Source: Octopus bimaculoides
Lineage: Eukaryota
Direction of reading: 5' to 3'
Length of the DNA stretch: 64,000 nt
Assembly: GCF_001194135.2 (NCBI RefSeq)
Contig: NC_068990.1
Coordinates: forward strand, 59,847,939 to 59,911,938
The notes beneath the pieces were generated by a model. It had not been told where the DNA came from, ran no database searches, and was given only the letters and a program-made list of their open reading frames with translations. Below, one piece after another: positions 1 through 14,130 of this stretch. The stretch's first letter is position 1. Each line of letters starts with the position of its first letter. The translations under genes were made by a program, and so were the position numbers.

Positions 1-3000
1 CAAGTATTCCAGCCATGATCAACTCCTTTATTTTAATCTTTTTCAGATTAAAGTGTTATTTGAACAACATTATCCAATGTGTTTTTTTTTAAATACCTTG
101 GGATGTAATCTGAGCGAGAATTAGCTTCTATTTCCAGCAGGATGATCTACTATATAGAGGCTCTCATATTGGCTTGTAGAAACCCATATTGTTGTTTAGC
201 TTCAGATCAGTTCTGATTAAGGCGCTCCAATAATGAAAGATGTTTTTGCTTTAATCATTCATATTTTTGTAAATCTAGTGAAGAGGGTATGAGTTGAGGA
301 AATATAGCTGTTATTTATTTCTTAATAAGCTTAGAACCATACAATTGTTCTTTAATTAGAGTAAAATTATAACTACAATCCTTCCACTAGTTCCATTGTG
401 GTTGACAAAACAATCTTAGCATTCTCATTGAAGCCTGACTATGTACACCTTGAATATTTGAATCATCACACTCCCTGATATATCAGAGTGTATGAAATAT
501 GTTAAGTCTTCTGTCTTTAAAATTCAATGAAATTTCAAAGTATGTTGACTTCAATATTTAACAGGTAATTCCCAGCTATATTTCACAAAATAAATTAAGA
601 CAACTAGCGAAGATTTTTTGCAAGAATACAAATATTCTCATTTGCATATAAGTTAAATATACTAATATAAAGAAAGAGCAAAAAAAAAAAAAAAAAAAAA
701 AACCCACAAAAATTGAGCAAATGGAAACATATTTTAGAAATTGGATATATTGTCATGAAAATCTTTATGAGCACTTTGCTAAAACGTACTCAATATTTGT
801 TCCTTTGACACCTTCCATACCATTTTAAAGAACTAAACCCAAGTGAGTGAAAAGCACCACCTACTAATTGCACTTGATAGATATCTGATCTTTGGCTAAA
901 TACTAACAATATCTTAAAAATCTTATAAATTTCTACTAAACAACTGATTGAAAGGAATGAACAGAATCAGTCCTGAACAATGACAACCAATAAATTGCCT
1001 GCTCATCACTTCAAGCTAATGCTTATAATTCATCTATTTTTGTTACTGCTTTTCTTAGCTTAACAGAAAAAAAAACAAAACAACTATGATAGTGATACTT
1101 TCTATTTTCATTTCTGTGACAATAAAATATTGGCTAAACAAATATATAAATAAACTGTATATGAAAAAAAAAAAAATCATCAAAACCTTTAATGTTATGT
1201 GGTAATGGCTGACCACATTACAGATGTAACTGGATTGAGCAATGATGTTGTAGTAAATATATCATTATTACAAGCTGTAATGGTATGTAAATGAATAAAA
1301 TGTATATATTTGTACAGCAGGTCATTATTCAAATTGTAAATCAGCCAGCTTTGGCATACATATGCTGTTACAAGACAACTATTGTATAAAATATTACAAT
1401 AATTTATGTATGACTTTAGAACACTGAGAAACAGAAAAGATTAACGACAATATAAATTATTTCCAAGTAAAATGTCTTCAAGTTGCTTAGGGCTTAGTGT
1501 AATGGCTTTTAGAGTGAAAACTTGCACTGCCAACTTGAAAGCCTTCTCCTCCCCCATCAAGTTCCTTTAAAATAGGAAGGAATTTTAGTTAAGACACACA
1601 AAAAATAGCGAACACACCCATCCACACAATGTATATCAGTCTGTATGTGTAATGTTCTCAGCAATGCACAGAATTCTTCAGGTTGGAAGAATGAGATTAG
1701 GTCATACAGGAGAAACAAATGGTAAACCTCAGTTGCACTATCAAAAAAGATTCAATGGCTTGTTATATTAGAGTACTGAACCTAACTTGGATTTATTCAC
1801 ATTTTAGAGGCTAATGCACTGAGTGACTGCAGCAGCATCTCTAAACCTGTGATGACTATATATCATGTATGTGTTCATGCATACTTGATTGTGAAGGATA
1901 GTTATCTGTATGTACAATACAATAATTTAAATATAATAAAAAGAGCATTCTGTATGATTAAATAAATTAAAAATAAGCTATTTCGTTTTATTGTAAGCCC
2001 TAACAATAGGTGTAAAGTAGTTTAACAACATGTTTAACAGGATAGGTTAGCTTTTCTAGTTTCATTCATAAGAAGTGTATAAAATATCCTCAGAAGCACA
2101 TTTGGTTGAATGTAATCAAAAACATCCAAAAATACTCTCTATTATTTAAATTTAAACATTTACAATAAAAGTTGAAGTCAGAAAAATACAGAAAGGTCAT
2201 TAATTGGACAACAACTGTATGATATGAAAGGATTTTGCAGTTTGTTTGCCAAAAAGGGTAGGGGTTTCAATTGTATGTAGTGAGCTAACAAAGTAGTTGT
2301 TAGCTATCCATGTTGCATGTTATCAGCTAACAAGGTGGGCTGGCAGCTTTCTACTGCACAACTCTGCATGCTAGGCGAAGGGGGTAAAGCAGATGCAGAC
2401 GCACACACATATACACACATGTATATGCGTACACACAGATAGACACACACACACACATTAACCACTGAAGTGTCAAGTCATTCTGAAAAAGATCAGGGAG
2501 AATAGTTTTATTGGAGCTACGTAAGAAAAGTCAATAGACAGAAAGTTAAAGAAGGTTACCTTTACATAAATAAATGACCTACATAAAGTAAAATAATAAA
2601 TAAAATATTGTTAACAGAAGTAAAAGGGAGCGTAACTGGAAGTATGTTTTACAACATAAAATAAATCTAAGATTATATAAACACAACTACAACAACAGAT
2701 GTCTTTCTTGTATTTTATGAGAATATTATGTATTGTTGGAGCAGTTGAATGAATAAGGGATTGCAACTGAAACATTGAGTTTTTAAGCCTATTTTTGGGA
2801 CTGTGCTGTACCATGGTTAAAGCACTACACACCTTACAACCTACTTACCTAACAGGAGAACATATGAGAGAGTAATTTACTGTGGGAGAGATTAATAAAC
2901 AAGAAATTTATGTGTAGTTTGGTCGTTTACAATGCTTAGATCAAGCATCTTACACAAAATCACTATATGAATCATTATCTCTAATAAAGCAGAAAGATTA

Positions 3001-4577
3001 TTTTGACAAATATAAGATTTCTGATTCTTAAAGCAACACATACATTAAAATCACCTTAGATAAATATAATCTATTATTTTGTAATAGTCAGACTTAGAAA
3101 CACCAAAACCTATCTTGAAGTGTGCTAAGAAATTCCACTTGCTATTTCAACTGAGCAAAAATTCTTAATAATTTTTTTTGGATACTGTAAAAAATGTTTT
3201 TCATTTGTCTGTAACAAATCTTTCATAAAATATCAATTGTTCACCATTTCAATGCGGAAAAAAATCTTATTGTTAAGAAATCTTATCAGATGTGGTATAA
3301 CAACTTTTTGTGGTGGGAAGTGTATTTCAGAGGGAAATCATAAAAAATGGTGGATATTAAAATATATTGTTTAAGTAGAGCTGATTTATGGTACTAGTAA
3401 TGTCAGAGGAAGTAGAAGGGAAGACGGGGAAATTTAATCAGGAAAATGTGGAAACAGCAAGCATTTCTAGTTGGACAGCTATACCTGATAATTGGCATGA
3501 CCAAAAGTAGGTGTGGCCAGTAGAGATTGAGGGCGGAGACATTACTTGATGGCCTATCCAAACTGAAGAACCAGGTATAAGGTAGGAAAAGTTGAAGGAA
3601 AACCTAAGTTTATGAGAGTAGACTTATTTTTTTTACCTTCATCTAATACATCAACATGCAGTAGTTAATAATAAAATATATTTATAGTTAAAATAAACTG
3701 AGAAAGAATAAATTTTATATTGAACATTATCTAGCTTGTATTAATTCAGATGTAGTTATTTCTTAACTTCAAGTTAAAATAGCAAAGTAATTCAGTTCAT
3801 TCTCAAAGGTACTCTTCTTCAATTTCATTAAATTTAAAATGACTTTAAATTAGTTATAAAAAAAGGGTGGGGGCATAAGGAAACTTTTAACTGAAATAAT
3901 ATAAACTCTTTTTTTTTATATCCTCTTTCTGTTATTAAACATTGCTGGAAATATGTTTGTAAAATAAATTAAATTGCCAACAAGCAGCTTACATTCTGTA
4001 CAAAAATAAATTAAGTAAACGAAATTATAGCAAGTTTGTAAAGAAAATGGAAACATTTCTGAAACAATTAGTAATTATAGTGTACAGCAGTCTACATCAA
4101 AGTACGTTGTCTAGAAATCAATATTTACAAGATAGAGATTTTGATAAAATAATTTAATAACAATAGTAAAACCAAACTGATATTGCACTACTAATATAAG
4201 CAGAAACTTGATAATCTGTATGTTTAATCAATACATTTCAATATAAAATAAACTTATCAGTTTCCAACAGGTGAGCAGCTTAAAAATATTATTATCATTT
4301 TGGAGAAGGGTTGAGAAAGAGAAAGAAGATGAGAAACAAATGTGTGTGTGTGTGTCTAATACGATATAAAGTTTAGGGTGGGTTTAATGTTTTATATGAA
4401 GAAAAATAATGCAGATTTATTGGTGTAATGAGGAGTTTAAGATTAGATGTTTCAACTGATTAAGCATACAGTAAAAAATACTAAACAATGGAAATGGTAT
4501 ATTCAAGATAACTTTCCAAAATTTTGCACAACTGAAAATAGAGCTCATGTCTAAAATACAAGCAGACATATGCATAT

Positions 4578-4614
<37 letters not shown>

Positions 4615-4618
4615 CATA

Positions 4619-4670
<52 letters not shown>

Positions 4671-4927
4671 CATATATCTTTCAATTATTTAATTTTTCAG
4701 GTACAATAAATATATTTCCTGTGAAAAAATTAACTTCATAATAATCTTAATCATTATACTTATTTTTTTTTTTTTTTTTTAAATATCATCCACTCTCAAT
4801 GATAAGAAACTTAAGGGTAGTTAACAATCAGTATGAAAAACAGTCCATATGACTAACAAACCCTTGGTTTATACACTGGAAAGGAATGGCTAAGTGGACA
4901 GGGCTACAGGTAATGATTTTTCATATA

Positions 4928-4990
4928 TGTCCTATCTAGAAACAAAACAAGACTTCTATAAGAAGTCTTGTTTTGTTTCTAGATAGGACA
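4928..4990. repeat. Perfect 30-bp inverted repeat with 3-nt loop
   Basis: TGTCCTATCTAGAAACAAAACAAGACTTCT-ATA-AGAAGTCTTGTTTTGTTTCTAGATAGGACA. Confidence 0.95.
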
Positions 4991-5328
4991 CTCAGTTATG
5001 TCTATCTTAAAATCTCTTTAGCTGAAGGCAATGTATTCAGATTTCTGAAGAGAACCTCTGACAAACAAGCCTCTTACACAGAATAGTCTCAAGCATTTAT
5101 CTAAACTCTCAAACCGCATATCAGCCTTATGGTTCAAGTGGATAGTTTATAAAAGGGAGATGAAAAAAATAGTTTAAAAATCAATATTCCCACTCTTATA
5201 GAAATCAAATAGATACAAAAGAATCAAATATTTTCAATTTAAAATTTGGAATCAAAGCAATTCCTTAATCCTGTTGAACTAGCAATGTAAAAAATCCGAA
5301 GTAGAGAGAGAAATGAAAATAACTCTTA

Positions 5329-5584
5329 TTAACCCTTTAACTTTAAAATTAAATTTCTTAATTATTCCACTAATGATTTTAAATATCAACCAAAAACAAT
5401 TAATAGGATTGGTATTTTCTGCAAGTCATGGTGCCTCAATAAACTTGACATGTCTCAACAGAAAATAGTTTCAAACATGACATTCCTCAACAAAAGCTTG
5501 GATGGTATATGAAACTGCTTTTCACAGTTACGGGTAATGAAATTTTGAGTGGATAAATCTGCTTTTTAGCAGTAAAAGGGTTAA
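5329..5584. mobile_element. Second TTAA-flanked MITE family
   Basis: TTAA-CCCTTTAAC...GTAAAAGGG-TTAA, with a different interior from the other MITE family. Confidence 0.55.
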
Positions 5585-8103
5585 TCAGAATGATGCTGAG
5601 ACAAGGAAGACATTGCTAAAAGTGAAAAAATGAGAACAATTTTGTTTACTTTAAAAATAGTGTTTAAAAAATTATTTACATAAAAATTAAGCCATTATCA
5701 TAATAATTTACAGAAAAACTCAGCAATTAGAAAAAACTGTTCATCCTTTAAAAGTTCTATAAAAAGTGTTCATAATCAAATATTAAGGAAGGGTTTTATT
5801 AACTAAATATTGTTTTGATAGTCATTCGATACAAATATATGTATATCTAAGAAATAGACCTAGTAATTTAGGTCATAACATAGCTAACTAATCCACCACA
5901 TGAAGCACTTCTAAAAATAAATTTAAAATTTAGAAAAACTTGTATGATAAAATAGAAACTTTATACTTAAGAAAACCGATTTCCATGATTATTACATCTA
6001 TAGCTTAATAGACAGAAAAGACAGAGAGGAAATTTATATAAATATATATTAAATTAATTTTCTAAGAAATTATTAGTGAAAAAATTACCATATAATGTAT
6101 TAAAAAATGGACATCTGTTTAAAATTGTTTTTGATATCAACATTGAAATAAAATAAAAATATAACAGTATGTAAATACTTTATTATTATATTAATATCAA
6201 TTTCTTCATTTTTTTAATAATAAAAATTTGTAAAATTAATTTACTGATAAAAAGGCTATATAAAACCACATGGTGATAGGGCAATGATATTACATTTAAC
6301 TTTATTGGATATGAAAATATAATAAAAATTGATGTAATTCCCAAGAAATAACACCTAAGTATGTTTTATTTTTGTTCTTTTAGCCATCTGTTGGTAAGAT
6401 TATTTAAGAAAGTTGAAGCATAAAAATCTTCATAGTGATATTACATGAAAGTAATTCTTTAGTAAATAGCTCCAGAATAGTCATTAAAACATTAACAAAA
6501 TTCTTTAATTTGAATATTAAAATCATTACAGAATTGAATTATATAGTTCTTCTTATAGTACTAAAGAGGTATTTTTATGAAACAAGATATTTCTTTACAT
6601 ATGATAAAAATCTGACATAGAAAAACAAACAAACAAACAAAAAAAACAGATGCAAACAAAGATTTTTCAATCAACTAGATGGAAGGAATTATTTTTAAAA
6701 TGATATTTACAAATTTCAGAAAAACTACAATTCTTTCAGCAAAAAGAATCAAACAATATTCTAATCTATAAGGCACTTTTCATGCTAGTATTTCAGAAAT
6801 TATAGAAACAAACAATTATTGATCAAGCAAACAAAGAAACAAAAAGTAAAAGATTCTTTTAAAAAACCATAAACTAAATAAAAATATGAAATTCTTAAAA
6901 ATTTTCAAAACCATATTTATTAATATACACTACTTTATGGTTTCCAATTAGTTTTGAAAATACTGAAGAATCTGGAGGTGAGTTGTAAAGTATCTAAATT
7001 ATTTACCATCAAGATAGTGTTGGGCCTATCACTTATCAAGATTCTTATATAAAATCCTAGAAAGCTTTAACCCTTTTTTTCACTATATTTCTGCTGAAAT
7101 ATACTGCCTTCGTTTCAATTAATTTTGAAAATTATGAATCAATCAGTAAAATTAATTTTGTTATTATTAAGCTGATGCTTTGAAAACCTAAATATGATTT
7201 TATAAAAGAAGGTTTCAATTTAGATAACTTTAAGACTGGAAGTTGTATTACAGATGAAAAGGTGCTCTCAGGTGGGTTGATATCAAAAGGATTAAGACTT
7301 AAATAAATACAATTTAAAACTGATAAATTTGTATTATACACCTAGAGCTTATTTCAGGTGGATGCCATTAAGATGAATTAAGGGAAGATGTGATGATAAA
7401 ATTAGAGGAAGATAAAAACAGAGGCAGCAGGATTGTGGTTCTGGAGCAACTGGAGAAAACAAAGGAAACAAATGACCAGTTAGTCCGGTCTTAGAAACCC
7501 GTCATCCAGAACACTCTGTAAAGTGGTTGGGTAAAAGAAGGGCTTCCAGTCACAGAAACAGATCCAAAATTATAAATAAGAGTGAAGTGAATTCATTGGA
7601 CCCACTTAGAAGAGAAATAAAAACAAATAAGAATTGATCTGAACCGTGATAACTTGCCCACCACATGCCTGTATGGAAAGCTGAGGTACAATGATGATCA
7701 TGGAGATGATCTGTTCTAAAATACTAAAGAACAATAAGTGGCACACACATATCACTATCTGAGTGTGTGCATACAGGTAAACATGTGCACATATATAAAC
7801 ATGTGGCTACATGAGCCTGACAAGCTAGGTAAGGAACTAACAAAACTTTAAGTTACATGGGGCTGAATCAAGTTCTTTTAAGTAATAATAATCCTGTCTA
7901 CTATAGGCACAATGCCATAAATTTGAGGGGAGGGACTAGCTGATCGTATCAACCTCAGTGTTTCACTGGTCCTTAATTTATCAACCCTAAAAGGACGAAA
8001 GGTAAAGTTGACCTTGGTGGAATTTGAACTTAGCAACATTTCGTCCATCTTTATGTTCTAAGCATTTTGCTTAGCATGCTAACAATTCTGCCAGCTCATC
8101 GCC

Positions 8104-8137
<34 letters not shown>

Positions 8138-8159
8138 TAATATATATATATTTATTGAT

Positions 8160-8545
8160 GCAGGCATGGCTGGGTGGCTAAGATGCTTACTTTGCAGCCA
8201 GGTGGTCTCATGTTAAGAGCCACAGTGCAGCATTTTTGGCAAGTGTCTTGTATTGCAGGCTCAGGGTGATCAAAGCCTTGAGAGTGGATTTGGTAGATGG
8301 TAAATAGAAGGACATCATGTGTGAGTGGGTGTGTTTGAGTTAACCCTTGTTATAACATGCAAGAATGGTGGTGAAGCATCACTGTTACCTGAGTTCACCT
8401 TGGAAAAAGCATCACTAGGTATGACAGATATAAACTTGCTTGGAAATAGGTGAGGGCTGGTGACAGAAGATAGCCGAGCACAGAAATTCTGCCTGTGCTT
8501 CAACAAAGTCCATCTGACCATGCATGCATGGAACAATGGGCATTA
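8160..8545 (+). mobile_element. tRNA-derived SINE with RTE-like 3' tail
   Basis: GGCATGGCTGGGTGGCTAAG head, core, and 3' CCATGCATGCATGGAA..CATTAAATAATAATG. Confidence 0.7.
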
Positions 8546-8559
8546 AATAATAATGATAA

Positions 8560-8780
8560 TATATATCACATATACATATATATATATATGAATGTGTGTA
8601 TTATAGTATATATGTACATACATATATAGATTAAAGCACATGTGTATATACATACATACACACACACACGTATATGTATATAATTACATACACACACATA
8701 CAAATGTATATCTTTACATATACATATATATGCATATATTTGCATACACACATACATGTATATATATGTGTGTGTGTATG

Positions 8781-8828
<48 letters not shown>

Positions 8829-8888
8829 ATATGTGCATATGTGTGTATATATATATACACGTGTATATGTATATACATATATATACAC

Positions 8889-8932
<44 letters not shown>

Positions 8933-8990
8933 GCACATACATATATATATATATATGACATACACACACACATATATATATATATATGTG
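8560..8990. repeat. Compound (TA)n/(CA)n/(TG)n microsatellite; similar tracts at about 4575-4670, 9290-9437, 11330-11600, 12660-12790, 22290-22510, 28780-28925, 35090-35420, 44300-44400, 48660-48950, 62790-62850, 63770-64000
   Basis: Direct reading. Confidence 0.95.
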
Positions 8991-9292
8991 AAAAGACATT
9001 CGAGTGAGTTCGTTGCCAGTGCCGCTGGACTGGCTCGTGCGCAGGTGGCACCTAAAATACACCATTTCGGGCGTGGCTGCTGTCAGTACCTCCTGACTGG
9101 CCTTCATGCTGGTGGCACATAAAAGCACCCACTACACTCTCAGAATGGTTGGTGTTAGGAAGGGCAATCAGCTGTAGAAACTCTGCCAAATAAGATTGGA
9201 GCCTGGTGTAGCCATCTGGTTCACCAGCCCTCAGTCAAATCATCCAACCCATGCTAGCATGGAAAGCGGACGTTAAATGATGATGATGATGA
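8985..9292 (+). mobile_element. RTE-tailed short element (further copies at about 12290-12360 +, 12470-12640 -, 15270-15460 +, 25860-26130 -, 47270-47580 +, 56660-57092 mixed)
   Basis: Same family signature and (GAT)n tail. Confidence 0.85.
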
Positions 9293-9551
9293 GACACATA
9301 TGTATATGCATATCCATATACACAAATACATACAAATATGCACACACATATATACACATCTATCTATTTATAAATAAGTGTATATACATGTATATGTACA
9401 TTTGTCTGTGTGTATGTATATATATATATATATATATNNNNNNNNNNNNNNNNNNNNNNNNNNNNNNNNNNNNNNNNNNNNNNNNNNNNNNNNNNNNNNN
9501 NNNNNNNNNNNNNNNNNNNNNNNNNNNNNNNNNNNNNNNNNNNNNNNNNNN

Positions 9552-9731
9552 AATTAATTAAGGTACTCAGAAACCTGAATGTTTGTACATTTACAGATTT
9601 TTATTAATGTCATATTAAATGAAGCGCTTTTCACCTACACGACTAGGTGAAAAGCGCTTCATTTAATATGTGACATTAATAAAAATCTGTAAATGTACAA
9701 ACATTCAGGTTTCTGAGTACCTTAATTAATT
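9552..9731. repeat. 86/88-bp inverted repeat with 6-nt loop, abutting an N-gap
   Basis: Arms 9552-9637 and 9644-9731 are identical except for a 2-nt indel. Confidence 0.9.
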
Positions 9732-10039
9732 TGTTTCTATATAATTTCTGTACATCACCTCCAAACCTTCAAATATAAATATATATATATACACACACAA
9801 ATATATATGCATACACACATGTATGTGTGTGTGTGGATGTGGTCTAGTGGTTAGCATGTTGCACTCATAATTGCTAGATTCGGGGTTCATTACCTTGACT
9901 GGGTGACATGCTGTGTTCTTGATCAAAAACCCTTCATTTCATGTTGCTCTGATTATTTTGGCATCTGAATGTGGCACACATGACCAGCTGTACAGGTAAT
10001 GTTGATCTGGGAGTGAGCTGATGTACATCATATATAGGC

Positions 10040-10475
10040 ACAGATGTTTTCCAACCATATTATTCCTGGTTCAGTCTCACTGTGTAGAACCTGGGGCAAG
10101 TATCTTGTACTATAGCACTGGGCCAAACAAATCCTTGTCAGTGGGTTTGGTAAATGGAAACTGAAAGAAAGTTGTTTGTGTGTGTGTGTGTGAGTGAATA
10201 TATATATACACATATATATGCATACATTATGTGTGTGTATGTAACTCTTTGTGCCTGTGTATGTCTCCCTCACCGTCACTTGATAATCGATGTTCATGTA
10301 GCTATGAGCCTGTAAATTAGTGGTTCAGAATAAGTACCAGGTTTTTTAAAAAAAGCACTGAGATCCATTCATTTGACTAAAAATACTCACTCCTAGGCAT
10401 GGCCACAGTGTAATGATTGAAAGAAGAGGTTAAAGAGAGAGAGAGAGAGAGAGGAGAGAGAGGGAGGTGGGAGAA

Positions 10476-10561
<86 letters not shown>

Positions 10562-10800
10562 GACATGGCTATGCAACCAAGAAGTTCATTTCCTAACTGC
10601 CTGGTATCAGATTAAGTCCCACTGTGTTGCAGTTGCACTGTGAACAAGTGTTTTCCACTGCAGTACTGGGTTCAACCAAAACCTTGTGAGTGGGTTTTGT
10701 AAGCAGAAACTGAAAGAGGCCCATCATGTGAGCATGCTTGTGTGTGTATCATTCAGTGTCAGTCTAAAAAATTAGCTTACACACGATCACAACTGTCTGA
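10040..10800 (+). mobile_element. Two copies of the same SINE family separated by a (GA)n tract
   Basis: Core matches at 10040-10430 and 10560-10800. Confidence 0.7.
10434..10557. repeat. (GA)n microsatellite
   Basis: Direct reading. Confidence 0.95.
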
Positions 10801-11437
10801 TGACTGGTAAAGTGAAACTGATTAACAGTTTGTAAAATACACACACATATACAGACAGAGGGAGAGAGGTGTGTGAGTGTATGTATGTATATTTTCCCTC
10901 ATTTTCATGTGTGTTCACTGGTTGGTGTCTTTTGTTTACAGTTGCCGATGTAACCATGTCCGGGCTGTTTTTTGTCTGATGAAGTGGGAAGCACATAGAG
11001 ACTGGAAACAGGTAGTGGTTGCTCTCACAAAGGGCATCCAGCCATAGAAAACTCTGACCCAAGACACTCTTGTGTGAACCATGCAAGTTTGGAGAAGTAG
11101 AAGTTAAGATGATGAACATAATATGTATATCTATAATGCATGTATCTCCTCTACAACTATAAACCTATTCTTGTCCCTTCAATAGCACTTTAACATTTTA
11201 AGCCCTAACATCTGTCTATGCTATATCCTCACTTGGATGGTGAGTGCTTATCAGTTTTTTTCAGATAGATGGTGGCATGCAGAAAGAAGTCTTGAATGGC
11301 ACCAGGAATGGCAGTCAACCATAGAAGCCACACATCATCATATATTATACACACAAACATAAATATATTATTATATATATGCAGACAGAGAAATAAAAAC
11401 ATACATATCATCATACATATGTATCTATCTTCCTATG

Positions 11438-11493
<56 letters not shown>

Positions 11494-11597
11494 TATATAT
11501 TATACATTTTTACTTATCACCATACACATACTCGTGCATATCTATATCTATGTGTATATATATTTACATATAACAGCATACATATACTTATGCATAT

Positions 11598-12270
11598 NNN
11601 NNNNNNNNNNNNNNNNNNNNNNNNNNNNNNNNNNNNNNNNNNNNNNNNNNNNNNNNNNNNNNNNNNNNNNNNNNNNNNNNNNNNNNNNNNNNNNNNNNNN
11701 NNNNNNNNNNNNNNNNNNNNNNNNNNNNNNNNNNNNNNNNNNNNNNNNNNNNNNNNNNNNNNNNNNNNNNNNNNNNNNNNNNNNNNNNNNNNNNNNNNNN
11801 NNNNNNNNNNNNNNNNNNNNNNNNNNNNNNNNNNNNNNNNNNNNNNNNNNNNNNNNNNNNNNNNNNNNNNNNNNNNNNNNNNNNNNNNNNNNNNNNNNNN
11901 NNNNNNNNNNNNNNNNNNNNNNNNNNNNNNNNNNNNNNNNNNNNNNNNNNNNNNNNNNNNNNNNNNNNNNNNNNNNNNNNNNNNNNNNNNNNNNNNNNNN
12001 NNNNNNNNNNNNNNNNNNNNNNNNNNNNNNNNNNNNNNNNNNNNNNNNNNNNNNNNNNNNNNNNNNNNNNNNNNNNNNNNNNNNNNNNNNNNNNNNNNNN
12101 NNNNNNNNNNNNNNNNNNNNNNNNNNNNNNNNNNNNNNNNNNNNNNNNNNNNNNNNNNNNNNNNNNNNNNNNNNNNNNNNNNNNNNNNNNNNNNNNNNNN
12201 NNNNNNNNNNNNNNNNNNNNNNNNNNNNNNNNNNNNNNNNNNNNNNNNNNNNNNNNNNNNNNNNNNNNNN
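11598..12270. other. Assembly gap (other gaps: 9438-9551, 13154-13679, 17802-17811, 23941-24040, 28214-28258, 62176-62695)
   Basis: N runs, mostly adjacent to microsatellites. Confidence 1.
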
Positions 12271-12363
12271 TATATATATATATATATAGTCACCAGTCCT
12301 CAGTCAAATCGTCCAACCCATGCTAGCATGGAAAGCAGACGTTAAACGATGATGATGATGATG

Positions 12364-12404
<41 letters not shown>

Positions 12405-12721
12405 TACACACACATATGTATACACACTCATACATATATATGGATACACACACACACACACACACACAATCATCATCATCATTGTGTCCATATTCAATGC
12501 TGGGTAAGACAGTTTGACTTGGAACTGATAAGCCGGAGAGCTGCACCAGGCTCCAGTCTGGTTTGACTCGGTTTCTATGGCTGGGTGCCCTTTCTAACGC
12601 CAACCGCTCCAGAGTGTAGTGGGTGCCTTTTACGTCTCACACATACATATCTATTTATACACACACACCTGCATATGTAAGTATGAACATATACGTATGT
12701 ATATATGCATATATATATTAT

Positions 12722-12790
<69 letters not shown>

Positions 12791-13679
12791 ATTGTTGGGT
12801 GCAGACTTTGCTTCACACCCACATATTTTTGAATCCAGTCCCATTACACTTGTGAGAGTGAATGGCAGACAAATACTGTGAGTGTGTGTACATATATATA
12901 TTTGACTAAGGGTGTGAATAATAACCACATTGGAGCTAAAATGCACATAACATATACTCTATTAGAGTATAATGTTATGTGCTTTGTAACAGCATTGGAG
13001 GATTTTAGCTCCTATTTCTAGCAATGTAGGTGTTATTCACACCCTTGGTCAAGTTTAGTTGACTATAATTTTACTTTACAATATAACATTGCAAACAGCT
13101 GTTTTTATTAATTTATGTATATATATAAATACATATATATATATATATATATANNNNNNNNNNNNNNNNNNNNNNNNNNNNNNNNNNNNNNNNNNNNNNN
13201 NNNNNNNNNNNNNNNNNNNNNNNNNNNNNNNNNNNNNNNNNNNNNNNNNNNNNNNNNNNNNNNNNNNNNNNNNNNNNNNNNNNNNNNNNNNNNNNNNNNN
13301 NNNNNNNNNNNNNNNNNNNNNNNNNNNNNNNNNNNNNNNNNNNNNNNNNNNNNNNNNNNNNNNNNNNNNNNNNNNNNNNNNNNNNNNNNNNNNNNNNNNN
13401 NNNNNNNNNNNNNNNNNNNNNNNNNNNNNNNNNNNNNNNNNNNNNNNNNNNNNNNNNNNNNNNNNNNNNNNNNNNNNNNNNNNNNNNNNNNNNNNNNNNN
13501 NNNNNNNNNNNNNNNNNNNNNNNNNNNNNNNNNNNNNNNNNNNNNNNNNNNNNNNNNNNNNNNNNNNNNNNNNNNNNNNNNNNNNNNNNNNNNNNNNNNN
13601 NNNNNNNNNNNNNNNNNNNNNNNNNNNNNNNNNNNNNNNNNNNNNNNNNNNNNNNNNNNNNNNNNNNNNNNNNNNNNNN

Positions 13680-13745
<66 letters not shown>

Positions 13746-13999
13746 AGTGTGTGTATGCTTGTATGTCCTTGTCTTGGCATCATGTGATAATTGTAAATGA
13801 GTGTCACTGTTATACAAGCAGTGTTATTTATTTCCAATATTCTGTGATAAGATACCTGACCATGGATAAATATTACTCTGTTAGGAAACAAGTGCAGGTT
13901 GGTGAGAAATAGGACATCTAGCCCTCAAATGTCTGCCTGAATGAACGGCATCTGGCCCAGGTGAAGCATAGGAAAGTGGACATTAATATGATGATAATA

Positions 14000-14035
<36 letters not shown>

Positions 14036-14130
14036 GATGAGAATGGGTGCAGAAAATTTATATTGTTTAAATTAGGACAAATTGTGAAAGGCATAAATAC
14101 GCAAACTATAGTAGCCACTAATGTGTATAT

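Larger units (their letters stand above)
1..7715 (-). other. TE-poor AT-rich block; candidate long terminal exon / 3'UTR-like region
   Basis: Acceptor TTATTGTTCTTTAGTATTTTAG| at 7717-7716. Repeat density rises abruptly above about 7740. The minus strand is T-rich. No long ORF. Confidence 0.35.

Noticed and set aside
8566-9128. Many overlapping ORFs rich in YI/CV/HT dipeptides (also about 4.4-4.7, 12.3-12.9, 22.3-22.6, 35.0-35.5, 48.6-49.0 and 63.7-63.9 kb)
   Set aside because: They are translations of (TA)n/(TG)n/(CA)n microsatellites.
11296-13912. Long ORFs of 230-350 aa (also 62142-62731)
   Set aside because: Their length comes from N-gaps translated as X.
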